The position numbers and the translations under genes are program-made. The notes below the pieces were generated by a model, which searched no databases, was not told the DNA's origin, and saw nothing but the letters and a program-made list of their open reading frames with translations. Of a DNA stretch of 64,000 nucleotides, positions 23,833 to 37,776 are shown piece after piece. This stretch comes from Yuukianura sp. NJ FZ-2021 (taxonomy: Eukaryota), in the NCBI GenBank assembly GCA_046563655.1, contig CM102288.1, forward strand, positions 2,294,001 through 2,358,000. Direction: 5' to 3'. The stretch's first letter is position 1, and every line of letters starts with the position of its first letter.

Positions 23833-24671
23833 TAGTCTAATTACATTTCGATTTTTTAGCCTAGTTTACCACACTTTAGCGTAATGTTAATGCTAATCTA
23901 ACAATGAAGCAAACATTCACACCCTTCACGATCGATCTACAAAAGACTACATTTTCACCAATCTCGATTATAATGTTAAACGAGTTTAGAAACATTAGAT
24001 AGTTGGAAAATTTAAGCCGATTTGATTTTCACATACAAATTTTCACAAACTCATTTTTTTTACGAAATCACAGAAATATTTCAAACGTAGTTTTTCACAC
24101 GTAGATTTCGAAATTAGAATTTTTCAAGAAAAATTACGACAAATCTTGAGTTTGCGAGAAAACCAAAAGCGTCCCACTCTGGCGCAAGGAGACGCTTTTC
24201 ATTTTCTAAATTTTCATTTTAAAGTTATCCAAATTACGATAAATTTTTTGGAAAACTATTTTTTTTTAACACACACCAAGAAAATAAGTATTTTGTCGTG
24301 CCAAAAGACATACATCCAAACACGAAATAAGCTTCATACAAGGATTCAACAATCCGACGTTCAAGTACCTTTTCGTAGATTTCAAAAAAAACTTTTTTGA
24401 AATACAAATTTTTTAGAACATTGTGAAACTGAGACGTTCATTCAATCAACCAGTTGACCCTGTGTTAAAATCAATTTGAGGTTGTATTCTTTAGCTGCCA
24501 TATTTTGGAATGGGATTTTTCAAAACATAAAAAATAAAAATCCACTAAAAATCTAAAATTTAAAAACAAAAGTAAAAATTGAGAAAAACTGAACAAACAT
24601 GGTAGCTTTTTGGTTGTTTTAGGTTTCAAAAAACACTGTTTTTGAAAACTTTTGTTGTTCTTTAGAGTGTT

Positions 24672-27600
24672 TCATTGCGGAAGTGCTTTGAGAATAGCAT
24701 GAACTTCTTCAGCAACTGCCATCAAAACAAATTCAAATTGTTGTTTTGTTCGAACCATTCCAGGACGTTGATCTCGAATGTGTTCAAGAGATGCAGCAAT
24801 GTCAATTTCTTTGGCTCCTTTTGTCATCCGATTCAAAACCATGTCAATCAAAGCATAAGTTCCTGTTCGACCTGCTCCGTCACTGTTTAAAAAAAGTTTT
24901 TAAAAAATCTGTTGTTTAGAACAAAATTAGACAGGTTTTTGATATCACTTGACACTTTTTTAAACTTTAAACTGACCTGCAGTGGACAATGATTGGACAA
25001 GAGCGTCCACGGTACGATTTGTTCACTTTTCTGTAAAACATGAGAAATTTAGGTAACAGGGGGCAAGAATTTGCGAAAACTGTGCAAAAATGAAGAATTT
25101 GCGAAGCTGATATGTGCAAAAATAGCAGTGAGCAGAGGACGCTGATTGGTCGGTTAGCTTCTAAAATGTTGACGGCAGGGGCGCTGCTACCTCCTGGAGC
25201 CTTTCTCCACCACTTTTGTGACTATGCAATTTAGTTTAAAAATTCAAATCAATTGCAAAAATCCAAAAATGATGGAAAGAGCTTCAGGGATTTTTCATAA
25301 AAAGCTTTTTGGCAGTTTTTAGCAAAGGAGGAATGTGTCCGAAGCAGAGTGATTTTTAGTCGTGTGAGCTCAAAGCAGCAGTAAGAACCAAAACACTTTT
25401 TAGTAAAAAGTTGGGTTTAGCTGGAGGTTAGTAAGCTTTCTTTTCAAAATTTGGAATTTCGAAAAACTACACACCTTCGAAATTCAAGTAACGATTTTGC
25501 ACTGGTTGGAATTCCATTTTCTGGCCAAGCCAAAAAGTGAAACTGAGTCACTGTCCGAGTTTCACCAGTTTTTAAATTTTTGAGATAGAAACTGCGCACG
25601 AGGTACTCTTCACACCAGATATGTTCACTAACCAAGTGAACTTCATAGATGTGATGAAGTTCCGAACCCTCTTCTAAACAACACAAAGGTAACACTTTTT
25701 TAGAAAACGTTTTTTTGAAAAAACTTGTTGTTCAAATTGAACCTGGCCAGTAGCGGTGACACAGCGGAGTTCCATTTTCAGCCAACTTCGTCAGCGTCAC
25801 AATGACAACTGAACCTTGCTCCCAAACCATTTGCCAGAAGTCAGCAGCCGTATTTGGAAGGGGGCCTTGCGTGGCTATGTACGCTGGATTTCGAGGATCA
25901 TGATCCGTCTAATTTCGAAAAAACAAAATTCCAAAAAATTTAGTTTCTCTTTTTCAAATCATATTGAATTACAATTTTTAACATTTTTATGACTTTTCTA
26001 ACGAAGACTTTAACAAAGTGACATTTGATAACTTTCACTTTTTTGAAACCTTACAATTGTCGATGCATTGATGTAGTCTGCTCCAGCGATGTTTGCCAAA
26101 TCATTGAGAATCACTCGAGAGTGATCGTACGGCAAGGAATTCGTGTAGCGATTCTTCTTTTGATTCTCGGCCTAAGAAATTTGAAAAAAAAAACGGAAAT
26201 TGGTTTATTAATTTTAACGAACCAAAGTGTAACAAAAGTAACGAATTGACATTTGGTTTCGAGTTACAACAATTAGACATAAAATGTCACGACTTTTCAC
26301 AAAACAAAACTTTCTCCTGTCTCATTTTTTGAAAAAAGTAAGAGACGAAAATCCGTTTAATTTGTGTGAGCGAAAGCCACGTTGACGGATGATGAAGAAC
26401 TTTTGATTTCTGGAAAATTGAGAGTGTGAGGGGAATTTATGATTGGATGGCGCTCAAACTTGACAACGCGAATTCTTTTTTTTTAAATCAGGAATTTCTA
26501 GAAAAATTATGCATTTTTTTAAACTAAAAAGTGAAAGCTTACTTTCTCTGCAATAGAGGTAGAGCCTGGGTCAGCTTCATAAGTACAAAGTGCGGCCCAC
26601 TCTTGATCAAGTCTGTCTTTCTTTTTCAAGTGATCCTCCATGTATGACTAGTTGAACAAAAAATTGACCTTTGACCTCATGGCTTTTGCATTAGTAGGTT
26701 TTATTTGTATTGTTTTTGGAAGCTTAGTTACCAAAACCATATGCCCGGTAGAGATGTCCATGTTGGTGAGAACTGGCTCCTCGCTCCTGTTTACAAAACG
26801 CGAAATTTACAATTGCTCTTCAATTTTGAAAGTGTTTTAGAAAACGAAACGGAAAAATTCTAAACGAGCGTCAGTGATTCGTTAGAACTTAAAAGAACAA
26901 AAAGACGTAAATGAATTCATTCTAACCAGTTTTTTGAAAATTCAAAAAGCGATTAGTAGCATACTAGACAAAGTAGTTTGTGGCAACACGGGGTGATCAA
27001 TTAGTCATTTTAGTTAGGTTAGACTCATTAGGCTAAGACTAACCGAATTAGGTTAGGCCTAGCCTAATCAAGTTCAGAAGCAAAACAAAACATTACAGAA
27101 ACGAAAGGCATGCGGATCCGTCTAACCAAGAAGAAGTGCTGGACCTTGAAGAAGACGTGCCCCCCTCCGAGACGTTGCTCTGGACACGCTGGACAGCCCG
27201 GATTGGTTCAACCTTCTCATTGGACTTGGAAGCCATCCGAGCACGACAGAGATCCTGAAATAGTCAAGCATTTTTTTAAATTACTCACAACTTTTTTTTA
27301 AAGCAGTTTTTAGAACAGGTTTTACTTGGTAGTCTTTGCATGACTCCATAGCTGGATCATCTTGGGATAATTTTGCAAGTTTTTCCCTAGACTTTGCTGT
27401 TTTTCTGAAAACGAAGAATAGGAAAGACGCCACGAGAGCGGCTGCCACAATTCCGCAAACAGCGAAAACTCCAAGGTACAAATTCTTGTTGTGAATTTCA
27501 TCTTCTAACAGCAGCGGCTCAGTCTCTGGAAAGTCAGGCTGGAAAATTTCAAAAAACTTTGCTCATTTTCCAAAAAGTTTCATTCTAATTTATAAAGTTT

Positions 27601-30600
27601 AGAACTTTGTGTAGTACGTCATATTTTGAAACTCAAAATACAAAAAGAAAAATTATAAAAAGAAGCTAAAACAAACCGAAGCTCCACCGTCATCTGCTGC
27701 ATCTTTCTCATCAAGCTCATCGTGGCCTTTGCCCTTCATAACTTCCTAACAACACAAATGTGAAATAAAGTAAGCAAACCAAAAAAAAATGATAAAAACC
27801 TTAAAAAAAGTGCGTGTTTAGATCAATTTTAGATTGAATTTAACTCGAAATGAAAAGAGCAGTCGCATCTTACGTTAGCTTTGACACCAGCGACGGCCGA
27901 AACAATGCTGATGTCCATTTCTCGGTCTAGATTTGGTTTCAAAGTTTCTGAAAATTTTGAAAATGGTTCAAGAAAATTTTGAAACTTACTTTCTTTTTTA
28001 CAGGAAGACAACTTTGTTAAGCTCAGATTTTGAATTTCTCTTACCAATTTGCTTTGCGACTTGTGTGGCTGTGATTCCTTGTCTGTTAGATGCTACTTTG
28101 AAGGTGATGACATTGTTATCGTGCAGCCTGGAAACAAATTTTTCAAAATTTTGGTCAAAATTTCTATGCTAATCATAGGTGAAGAAGACAAATTGCAATT
28201 GCTTGAAAATTTTGGAAATTCAAATTCAAAATATCTACCGAACAAATTGGAATGTAGAGTGTTTCAAGTCCAGGAAATCTGCTATGAGGTTCACTAGGTC
28301 TGCAGCGACTTGCCACGAAGGAATGCTGGTGAAATTAAAATAAAAATTTAGAATTTTCAAAATTTCCGACATTATTTTTTCAAAAACTTACTTTTTGCCC
28401 AACTTAATACTAACGAAGGAAGTGTCAATAACTTCAAGCGGATTTCCAGGAACTTGCTGTGCCAATTTGGAAGCTTCGGCTGTCGATCCAGCCTTTTTCA
28501 TTAAATTGACCAATTGATTCACCTCATCACTGTTACTTGGAGCTGGGATCTGTTTAAAAAAGGAAGCTAGTCTCAAAACCAATTCCAAATTTTGAAAATT
28601 TCTCCATTCTCACCATTTTCAAACTCCCTTTTCCTAATTTCGTTTTCTCTTGTTGACTCGACGTGTCCCGAATTTTCATGTCTGCTGGTCCAAGGCCCGC
28701 AAACTCCGGATTCAACATTCGGTGTTCCGACTGCAAGCGCTAAAAATTGTTTAACATTGAATTTATGGATTTAAAACAAACTGTTTTAGATTTTAGAACT
28801 TTCATCAGTGAAGGAATATAGGGAACAATTTAACTAAACATGCTGAGTTATAAACACAGCCAGTGGAATTAATTTACCTCAGCTTGGCGTTTATCAAACG
28901 CATAGTTGTTCACCGTTCGATACCACGGACCGGGTTTCTTCACGTCAAGTCTCTCTCGCCGTTCGAATTCGCTAGGTCGAAGGTCGTCTCGATCTCTAAA
29001 CTCAAGGTCAAACTCCTGGTCATCCTCCAATGGGGAGTTGGGGCTCCCTTCATACAGAAACCGCTTTGGATTTTTCAAAAATACAAGTCCTCCTTCCGAG
29101 TAAACCGAATTTTGATCCTGAGGTTCCGGAACTTCCACAAACAAGTCACGATTCTCTCTACGACCTTCATTTGACCTGCGATCGGCCAAGGCAGCTTCAA
29201 CTTCCGAAGCAAGTTGATCTTCCAGTGCTTGTTCTTTGGCTGCTTTTTGAATTTCGGCCATCATGAGTGCTACAGTTGCTAATTCTTGGTTGTTCAGCTC
29301 CAACTCCAGTGGTTCAGCAGCGTCGTTCCAGTTACCCGAATCTTGTTCTGGGTCAGAGGTTAATTGGGGCGACTCATTTAGAAAAGCGAGATCATCACGT
29401 GTCTAAATTGACAAAATGAAACAACTTGTAATTAAATCCAGAAAAGCTTCCCACTCATACGAAGACAAAGCTTCCTTTCTAAGCTGTAATTGGTCACTTT
29501 GGTGCCCTAGTTACGCTATTCCTACATTCTAGTCACGATTTCTAAACGTGTTGAAGCACCACGTAGGTGTTTTTCTAAATACAAGCGTAGCATTCGAACT
29601 TTCTGAACATGACCTTGTTGTGACCTTAATTAGATTTCTAAAAAAGTCGATTTCCAGAACGGATGCGAAAATTGGGCAACAACGGAGCAAAAATTTTTGC
29701 AACAAAATTAGATTACTCAATTTGCCAATTCTGAACGAAAAAGAAGAAAAGTGAAAGTGAATGAAAGCTGACAGATGAAATAACGATTCGCATGTGGAAC
29801 CAACTTTTTCATGCGCGTCAGTGAGCTATAATGATCTCATTTCCTACTTCTTTATGTAGTGAAGGTCAAAGGTCAACATTTTTGAAAAAGCGAGAAATGT
29901 CAACTGACTTTACCTCTACTCCATGTCGAAATCCATCAGGCGTGTTGTACGAAGATCCGAAAATTTTTGTTTGAAGGAAATTTGATTCCGGAGCTGAATT
30001 TGCGAATTTTTTGAATGAAGTTGTTTCGGGTGCTGCTTCGGTCCAATCAGGGTTTTCATATAAATCACCTCCCACGCCATCATCATCCACTTCGTAGTCG
30101 TACTGAGGAGAACCATACTCCGAAAATAAGTCTTCAAGTATAGCTTCATCCAGAGTTTTTCCTAAAGGTCAAAAGGTCAGTCGAAACGAATTTTAGTTAC
30201 TTTTGAGGTCAAGTTTCTCAAAACTTCCATGCTTGAAACTACTTCTGTTAAAATCACTAGCCCAAAGAATAACAAATTTTTGAGTGGCATTTAACTTTAA
30301 TACATCCAAGGAACATCCAAGGAAAACTTGTCAATTCACATGCTTTTTATGAAGATTTTATGAAAATTTTGAAATTTTCGAAATTTTACCTAGTTGCTTT
30401 GCAGTGATTGGTGATTCATGGACTTGGTTTTGCTTGAGACTTGGATTTTCAACAGTAAGAGAAGCAGGGATTCCGTCTCTTCCTGCATGATGAGTCGTCG
30501 GAGAATCAGGTATTTGCTGTTCAGTCGAAAGAAAGGCCAGCGTTTCCGGGTCAATGTCCACTTGACCTTTGACCCCACCCTCCCCCGCATCTTCTACGCA

Positions 30601-33600
30601 GTCAAAAGTTCCTGGAGTCACCCTGCAAGTTTCCAAAATGTCAGAGGTCAAACTACTCAAAAATTCCTTTTCCACCCAGCTTCATTTCCTGTTTTCATTG
30701 TTTATTTATGTTGTTTTTCTACAACGAAGTTGTTTTCGTTTTTTGTCAGGAACTTTCGAGCAACTTTTTTTAAAGACATCAGTTGTTCAAACAGTTTAAA
30801 ATTTGCCGAGAAGGAGTTAGCCTGTTGAATGGTAGTTTGAAATTCTAAATTTATACAGAACCAAGTGACTGTGTAATTGGTTGGACTTGGGATTAGGGAA
30901 ATGCGTTACGACACGACCATAATTGGACCTTCCAGGAAAACAGGAAATTAAACTAAATTTAGCGAATAGATTTTAGGCCTATTTAGGTTTTAACATAGCT
31001 TTGGAGTAGTCAAGGACACCACAGCATAGTAAGTTGAGGTAAATGGAGCCTTTCTCTACTTTCTCTTGCAGAAGAAAGTGAATTTCTAAATCCTCATAAG
31101 GACAGGCTCAGTGAGTGGTTTAAAGGAAGAAAGTAGTTGTTGAATAATGTAAACCCCTGCCAAATTACCTCTCTCGAATAGCTTCAAGTAGATTTTGAAG
31201 AACGCACTGCGTGTAGGAATGACTCCAACGGTAACCTTTTTCAAACAGTTCCTCCATGGCTGCTTCCAGAAGACGTACATCATCTCGTCTCAGATTAAAT
31301 CTTAGAAGAAAAGTCATTTTTAGAATCCTTTTCCATCAAATCATCTTTTCTTTCATTAAATTTAAGCGGGGATTTAAAAGTCTTGAAAATTTTCAGAAAT
31401 GAAAGTTTCAAAAAGAATTCCTTACTTGTAGGACTCCTGTGAAGGCGATTTATCCAGAAGCGAAACACATTTCCCAAAAGCATGATCTGGAAAGAGAGCA
31501 AGGACAAAGAGATCAGAGAGAGGGATGTGGTTTGCGGTGCATAAAGCAAAATTTCAAAAAAAAATTGTTTTGTTAAGAACTTTCACATTTTTAATTTTGA
31601 AAAATGTTTCCGCCATTGCAATATAAGCCACTTGAAGAAAAACTTACCGTTGAAACAGTACTCGAGATTGAGATCACAAACAGAATCGCTGAAGTTGCAA
31701 CCTGAAATAGACAAAAGCACAGAATTTGTTGTAAAGATGATTTAAATTCTGTTTAAAAAAGTTTTTTTCAAAAGATGCTTCAAAAGAAGGTTGAGAAAAG
31801 TTCCGTTGGAAAATTGTTCTGAAAGAAAGTTGCGCATTTTCTATTCTCAAACTATAATTACTCAATTTCTAACAAAAAAGAGTTTATGTACATTACTATC
31901 TGTACAACTGCTTAGCATATACTTTTTCAGAAATCAAAGGAACTGTGAGTCGCGTTATCTTAAAATTCAATAATTTATTGACATCGCTCTATGCTAATTG
32001 AAAAAATTTGGAATTTAGGCGAATCCTCAGAAACTTAAAATAGTTACGCCTTTCACCCCTCCTCCTACAGGCTCAAATGAAATCAAGAACTTTCATCATA
32101 ATTTTCCGTGCATGGTAACGCGTGACCTGATGACCTTTGACACATTCATAGTTTTTCATACTTGTCAAAACATAGGAAGACCATTCTTAACCTCTTTCGT
32201 CTATATTAGCATTAGTCAGCAAAACAGAAGGCTTTGGAGCGTACAGAACTTGCATGAAGAATCAAATCAAGATTAAATCTCCACTTTCCCCGGAAGGCAC
32301 GAAATGGGTTAGAGATGGGTTTATTTTTATCCCGTAACATTTGTAACACAGAGCTATAGAAGAAAAACAGCTCAACTTTTTTTCTGTTCGTTGTTTCTAA
32401 CCGCCCACACGACATTCACTTTCAGTGGGAAGGAACTGGGAGAAAACCGGGTATCGGGGGGCTGTTTTGAGTCTGGCTTCCCTAGAGAAAGGCTCACGTC
32501 ACTTTCTCCTTACCGCCCACACGTTCAACTTTCTCCCTTAACCCTACTCTCCCACACCATTTTTCAACACATCTCAATTCAAGCCGTCGCGCCATAGGAT
32601 AGCATCAGCGGCTAGAACCTACGGACATCTTTCAACAGAGATTCAAGAGCAATTTCGACCAAAAATGGGCTCAAACGACGCTGTTCGTTTTTTGATGAAA
32701 GCCCTTCAGAAGTGTACGCGACTTTGAGTACTTTTGCTCAAATAAAACAGCATCTCAGGGACACTACAGAGATAAAGAAGAGCCATTCCCACAAAAATTC
32801 TCATTCGATATTGAATTCCTAAGCGAGGACAAGGCTATGAGCAGGATAAGAATGCACTTTCACTTTATTCTTTTTGGTTCAATTCAATTAATTCCGACAA
32901 AAAACGAGGAAAATGGAAAATAGAAGCCCTTACACGATAAGAACGACAAAGAAAGAAAGCCGGTGAGGAAAAATTGTCGAACTTCAAGAATTGCCGCAGT
33001 TACTTGCGGCGTTTCAACTGTGCTTAAAAATATTACCGCTAAGAAGTCCTCCTTGGCTTGCCTTTTCGGCAGTTTCCATCTCCGTGCATTTACAAAAGGA
33101 AAATTTGGTTTTAAAAAAAATCTGGCAACGAAATGCAAAAAATATGGAAATATTGTTAGCAAATATTGCTTTCAGTATGGTCTTGGTCGTGCAAAAATGT
33201 AAAGAAAACAACAAAGCTTATTTTGCTTTCTCTTTTTCCATTTCAAGTCGTAGAACGTAACTAAATCCGATTGCGAAAATATTATTGTAAAAGCAAAGAA
33301 AAATATATCCAAAATCCTATTGCGTTTCAGCATATTAAAACACCATTTCGTGTTTTTCCATTCACCAGCAGGTGCATACAATCCCTCTTCCTTCCTACAC
33401 ATTTTCATACAAAAAAGAGAAAGTGAAAAGATAAAAAAGATAAAACTTTCACCAGTTTTTTTTTCCTCGAAATGTTGGTCGTATATCATCCTCCGCTTCA
33501 TTTTCTATCAACCTATTCTTTTTTGGACAAATGAGAAACACTTTTTGTTTCAAAACCGAAAAGCTCCGTCTACAGCTCGTGTAACGTCTAGCATAGAAAG

Positions 33601-36600
33601 TGGTTTGGGCGCAAGTCAGACGAGGGAACAAAGCAGCTCCAATGACGGTGAAAGTGATTGATCGATGAATTAATTAAAACCATCATCCATCTACTGTATG
33701 GCGGTAGCATCCAAGGAGACAAAAGTTCTATAGACAACTCCGCGTTTCTGAGTTCTAATATAGAAAAGAAAGCTGAGAGTAAAATTTCAACAACAGACAA
33801 GCCTCCGAGAATTCAAAATTCTAGTCACTTGGAGACAGATCTAATGAAGCAGAGGCCAAATAAATTGGAATGCATCTTCAACTTATGAAAAGCAGCGGCA
33901 GTCTTATTCTTAGATTTTAATTACTTGAGAAAATGAGAAGTCTCTCTCCGCTGAACTTAAATGAGTTCGTAGCAAATTAGAAACTCTCTCAATTCGAAAT
34001 GAAAACTTTCCAGAAGTAGTTCAATTCATTTCTAGGTAAGTGGAAGTTTACTATTGATAAAGTTCGTGTTATTGGAGAAAGCAAAAGCCATGCTACTACA
34101 GAATCTAAGAAATGTAATTTATAACTTGTGTTTTTGTACCAAACAAGAAATTCTGGAAAATCAGTAGAGCTGAAAATGTCAATTTTCTTTTCGAAACATT
34201 GTGCAACTGTGTACACTTTTGGGTTGTTAGGCAACATAAGCAATGAAGCAGAGCAGGAGACAAACTACGTCAGGCACGCCTTCTTCCTTTCTAAATTTGT
34301 AGGTTGATTCAATGACGTCTCTTTTCCAAACATCTACAAAAACAACCAAAGAAAGATAAAGAAACTAGAAGTGAAAGTCTCAACTTCAAAAGAAAACGTG
34401 ATGTTTAAAGCAAAATTTTCACAGAAACATAAACAGATACATTACTCTATAAATTCCAGCACATGTCTAAGGACAATAAATGTTACGGTAATTGAATGAA
34501 GTTAGAGCTTAAAAGACTACAGTGTAGTTACAACTTTGTTAAGAATAAAATGGTAAAGTTATTTTATGAGGACATGACCCCAAGGAAGCATCGAGACACA
34601 TTAGAGAAAGTGTTATGAGGTCAAAGGTCAAATTCCATCTGGAAGAGAAAGCCTAAGACCTCAGGCGCGCCAAAATGAGAAACTCGAATGCCTTGTTTTC
34701 CTACTCTATTAAACTTTCTCCATTTCCGCAAAGAAAAAGAAACAAGAACAAATTGCCAAAAAAACAAACAAACAAACTTTCTCCTTCTTTGGTAAGTTTT
34801 TCATTTTCACAAAAATTAATGCAAGTGGAAGCAACTGAAACCCCAAAATCAATCTTCCTTCATCTCCCACACAATTCCACCGTCCGCCTACCATTTACCA
34901 CAAAAGTTAGTTTTGTTTTTAGCTTAAAACGTAGGCTTAAGAGCCTAACCCTAAAGTAAACGCTTTTCGCGGTTTCCGGTGAGTTCGCCAAAATTCTGTA
35001 ACCCAACGCCTTCTCATTTCGTGACCTTTTGACCTTTCCATTGAAATTGTCCAAAAGCAAAAGCTTTACCTAACGTAAGGCATGTGACGGATCAAGTTTC
35101 GAAATCGGATATCTCGCCTTTGGTTGTTATCAAAACTTGAGTTAAGGGCCCACCGGAGCCTTCGAAATACGAAACGAATTAAAAATTAATCTCGCCTACT
35201 AAACCGCGTCGACGCTGCTGTTGCTCAATTACTCAACACAGCTCTTCTTACTTGCTTGTGCTTCAGAAAAAAATCGGAAAAAAGTTTCCATGCACACGGT
35301 GGAAGCAGCGAAAGCCTTAGCAGAAAAACACCATTTGCAAGGATGAAAGCTTCTGTTCAGCGCAAGCTCTGGGACTAGCACTGGAGCTCCCATGATGTAA
35401 ATTATGCTCTTACTTTATGTAGCTTGAAGCTACAAGTCAGATAATGGAAGAAGATCCTAGCTGTGGATTTACTTTCACCAGGTTCTCTGCATACGAAATA
35501 GGGATTTTGACCTTGTTTTTGTTCAAACCCAAAACCCTCTGAAGCAATTTTTCTGTCATGAATAATTCTAATTCTAATTCAAGTGAATAACACAATCCTT
35601 TCCTTCGAAAACTTTCTTTTTCTGCCTGTCCTTCAGTTGATCCCAATTCAAACTTTTTCTTTTCAAATCAGAAATCAAAGAATTTGAACAATAGAATCGA
35701 TAAGTTCTTTCTGAATTAGAAAATTTTCTTATTTGAACAGAGATTGAGTTCTTTTGATACTAGAAATCCGACAAGTTTGGAACAAAATTACTTTTGGCAG
35801 AAAAGAAGTTTCCATTGTTCAACGCTTTGTGAAAGTTGAAATTGGACCGGAATCGGATGTCATTAAGGTTAGGTTGAAGGGCGCACTTTCAGCGCAGCGC
35901 GCCAGGGGCGCGGTGATGCGTAGGTGGCAACAGGTTGTTGTCCTGAATGGATCATGGATTTCCAGGATCTTGGAAATTCTCGTCGTATTTTCAAACTTCT
36001 TGTTGCTTGAAGGGAGGTTTCATTTCAAAACGAGCAGGAAAAAAAGAAGGAAAGAAATAAAAGTCTGTTCAGGGTTCGTAAATTTTTAAGTACAAAATTG
36101 GAATTGGAAAAACACTGAAACATTTTCTTTCAAAAACGAAAATAAAGTTCAGGAGAGAAAGTCTAAAACCCTCAAATCCCAAATCCCAAATTAACCTGGA
36201 TCAGTTTGAATGGAAAAGTGAAAGTAACTTTCTATTTCAGTCGTTCAAAAAGTGGTACATATGGACTTTCTGCAGTTGTGAAAATTTACAACCCAATATA
36301 AACTTTTCCCTACTTTCTCAAATCTCAATAATTTCGCACCAAAAAAGTACTAAAAGCTTTTCCTTGACGTCTCATCTAACAAACTGTCAAGCAATCAAAC
36401 AGTCCAAATCGATTTTCATGTCTAACCAAAAGTTGGTAAACTAACCAAAAATTTTCCTTCCAAAAACCTACAAAATCCAACTTGTCCAAAAAAGACGAAA
36501 AAAGTTACGTTTTCACTAGAAATGGAAAAGGAATGCTCCAAAAGGGGAAACATTCGTACAAAATTGCTTCTAAAACATTTATATTTGGGAACAAAATTGT

Positions 36601-37776
36601 TTGAAACCGAATTTTTTGAGTTAAAGTATAGACTAGGTTGAAAGCGGCCAGCAATTTTGGCTATTCTGAATAATTCAACCAGCTTTCACTGTAGTTGTGC
36701 ACTTTAACAAACAAATACACTAGATGCTGCTATTAGTACTCAAACTTTAGACAAACTATCAGACTAAAAAGTCTATTATTTCAGTCTAACGACCTTTTCA
36801 GTATTAAAAGTTTAGCAAAGCGGAAAGCGTCAATATTATTCTTCCTTACGCAAAATCAAATGTGGTGGCGGTGGATGTAGGTGGGATGCGGGTTTTAGAA
36901 ATGCTTTTTTATTGTTAAAATGCTAACAAAATCCAAAAAAATTGGATAAAGAGCAGTGAACTTGAAAATTGAACTTTCTCCCTCATCGTCTATGCAATGA
37001 CTTTCAAAATAGTAAATCAAAATCGCTGACGTTTTTCACATTTTAGTTCGAAAATGCCAAATAGACTAATTTCGGCTTCAGTTACAATCTGTGTAATGGA
37101 AATTGAATTGAGTATGACGAGAGAGGAACAAGATTAAAGTTAAGTTAATTATGTAAATTTAATTTAGTTACGTGGTTAGACAGTTAAAGAAGTTAACTTA
37201 ATCAAGTGGCAAATACATTTATATGGTTATGGTTCGTTTCAGAAGCTTTGTATCCCAGCTAACACGATACCGTAAGTTCTTTAGGACTTTCTCGAAGATC
37301 CATAATCCAATCCCACGTCAAAATCAATGAAAGTGAATCCCAAAATATAACGAACAAAAAGAAGTTGGACACGGAGAAACCTTTTCCGGTCTTTTCTCTA
37401 GCCTTATACTTTTTTTTCGAAGTAATTGGATTAATTGGGCTTCTGCTAAAAATAAAATTGGCAAAAATTTGTTCAGAAACAATTTCAAAAATTTTTGCAA
37501 CCTTGAAACACAGTGTGAATTGAAAACTGGCTTCAAACTGAAAACGATTTTGACTAGCCATAAAAAAATTTTCTTACCAATGGCGCCGAACTGATACTTC
37601 TCCTGTTGCAGAGCAAGGGCCACCGAGTTGACCTTTGGCGTGACCTTAAGGGCTTTGCTGGGCCTTAGGTCCTTGACAGGACTTACAATAGGTGTTGAAC
37701 TACTCCGAGCAAAGTCACTGACTAAAATCAGAGTCGCAACCAACAGCAACGCGGGCGGAGAAGTTATCCGGGTCAT
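24672..37776 (-). CDS. IA-2: Receptor-type tyrosine-protein phosphatase-like N (IA-2/phogrin family), multi-exon
   Basis: Signal peptide exon from 37776 ([25 protein letters not shown]). Cys-rich N-terminus [25 protein letters not shown] (~31.7-31.4 kb) and [18 protein letters not shown] (~31.2 kb). [10 protein letters not shown] at ~28.9 kb. TM segment [23 protein letters not shown] at ~27.4 kb. [40 protein letters not shown] domain ([50 protein letters not shown]) ending AILKALPQ* at 24672. Confidence 0.96.

Noticed and set aside
25171..25190. CTCF-like GGCAGGGGCGCTG in an IA-2 intron
   Set aside because: One base short of the core consensus, and a single weak match is uninformative.
31800..37500. 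Many 60-113 aa ORFs in the large first intron of IA-2
   Set aside because: F/K/L-rich low-complexity translations of AT-rich intron DNA; no nested gene could be assembled.
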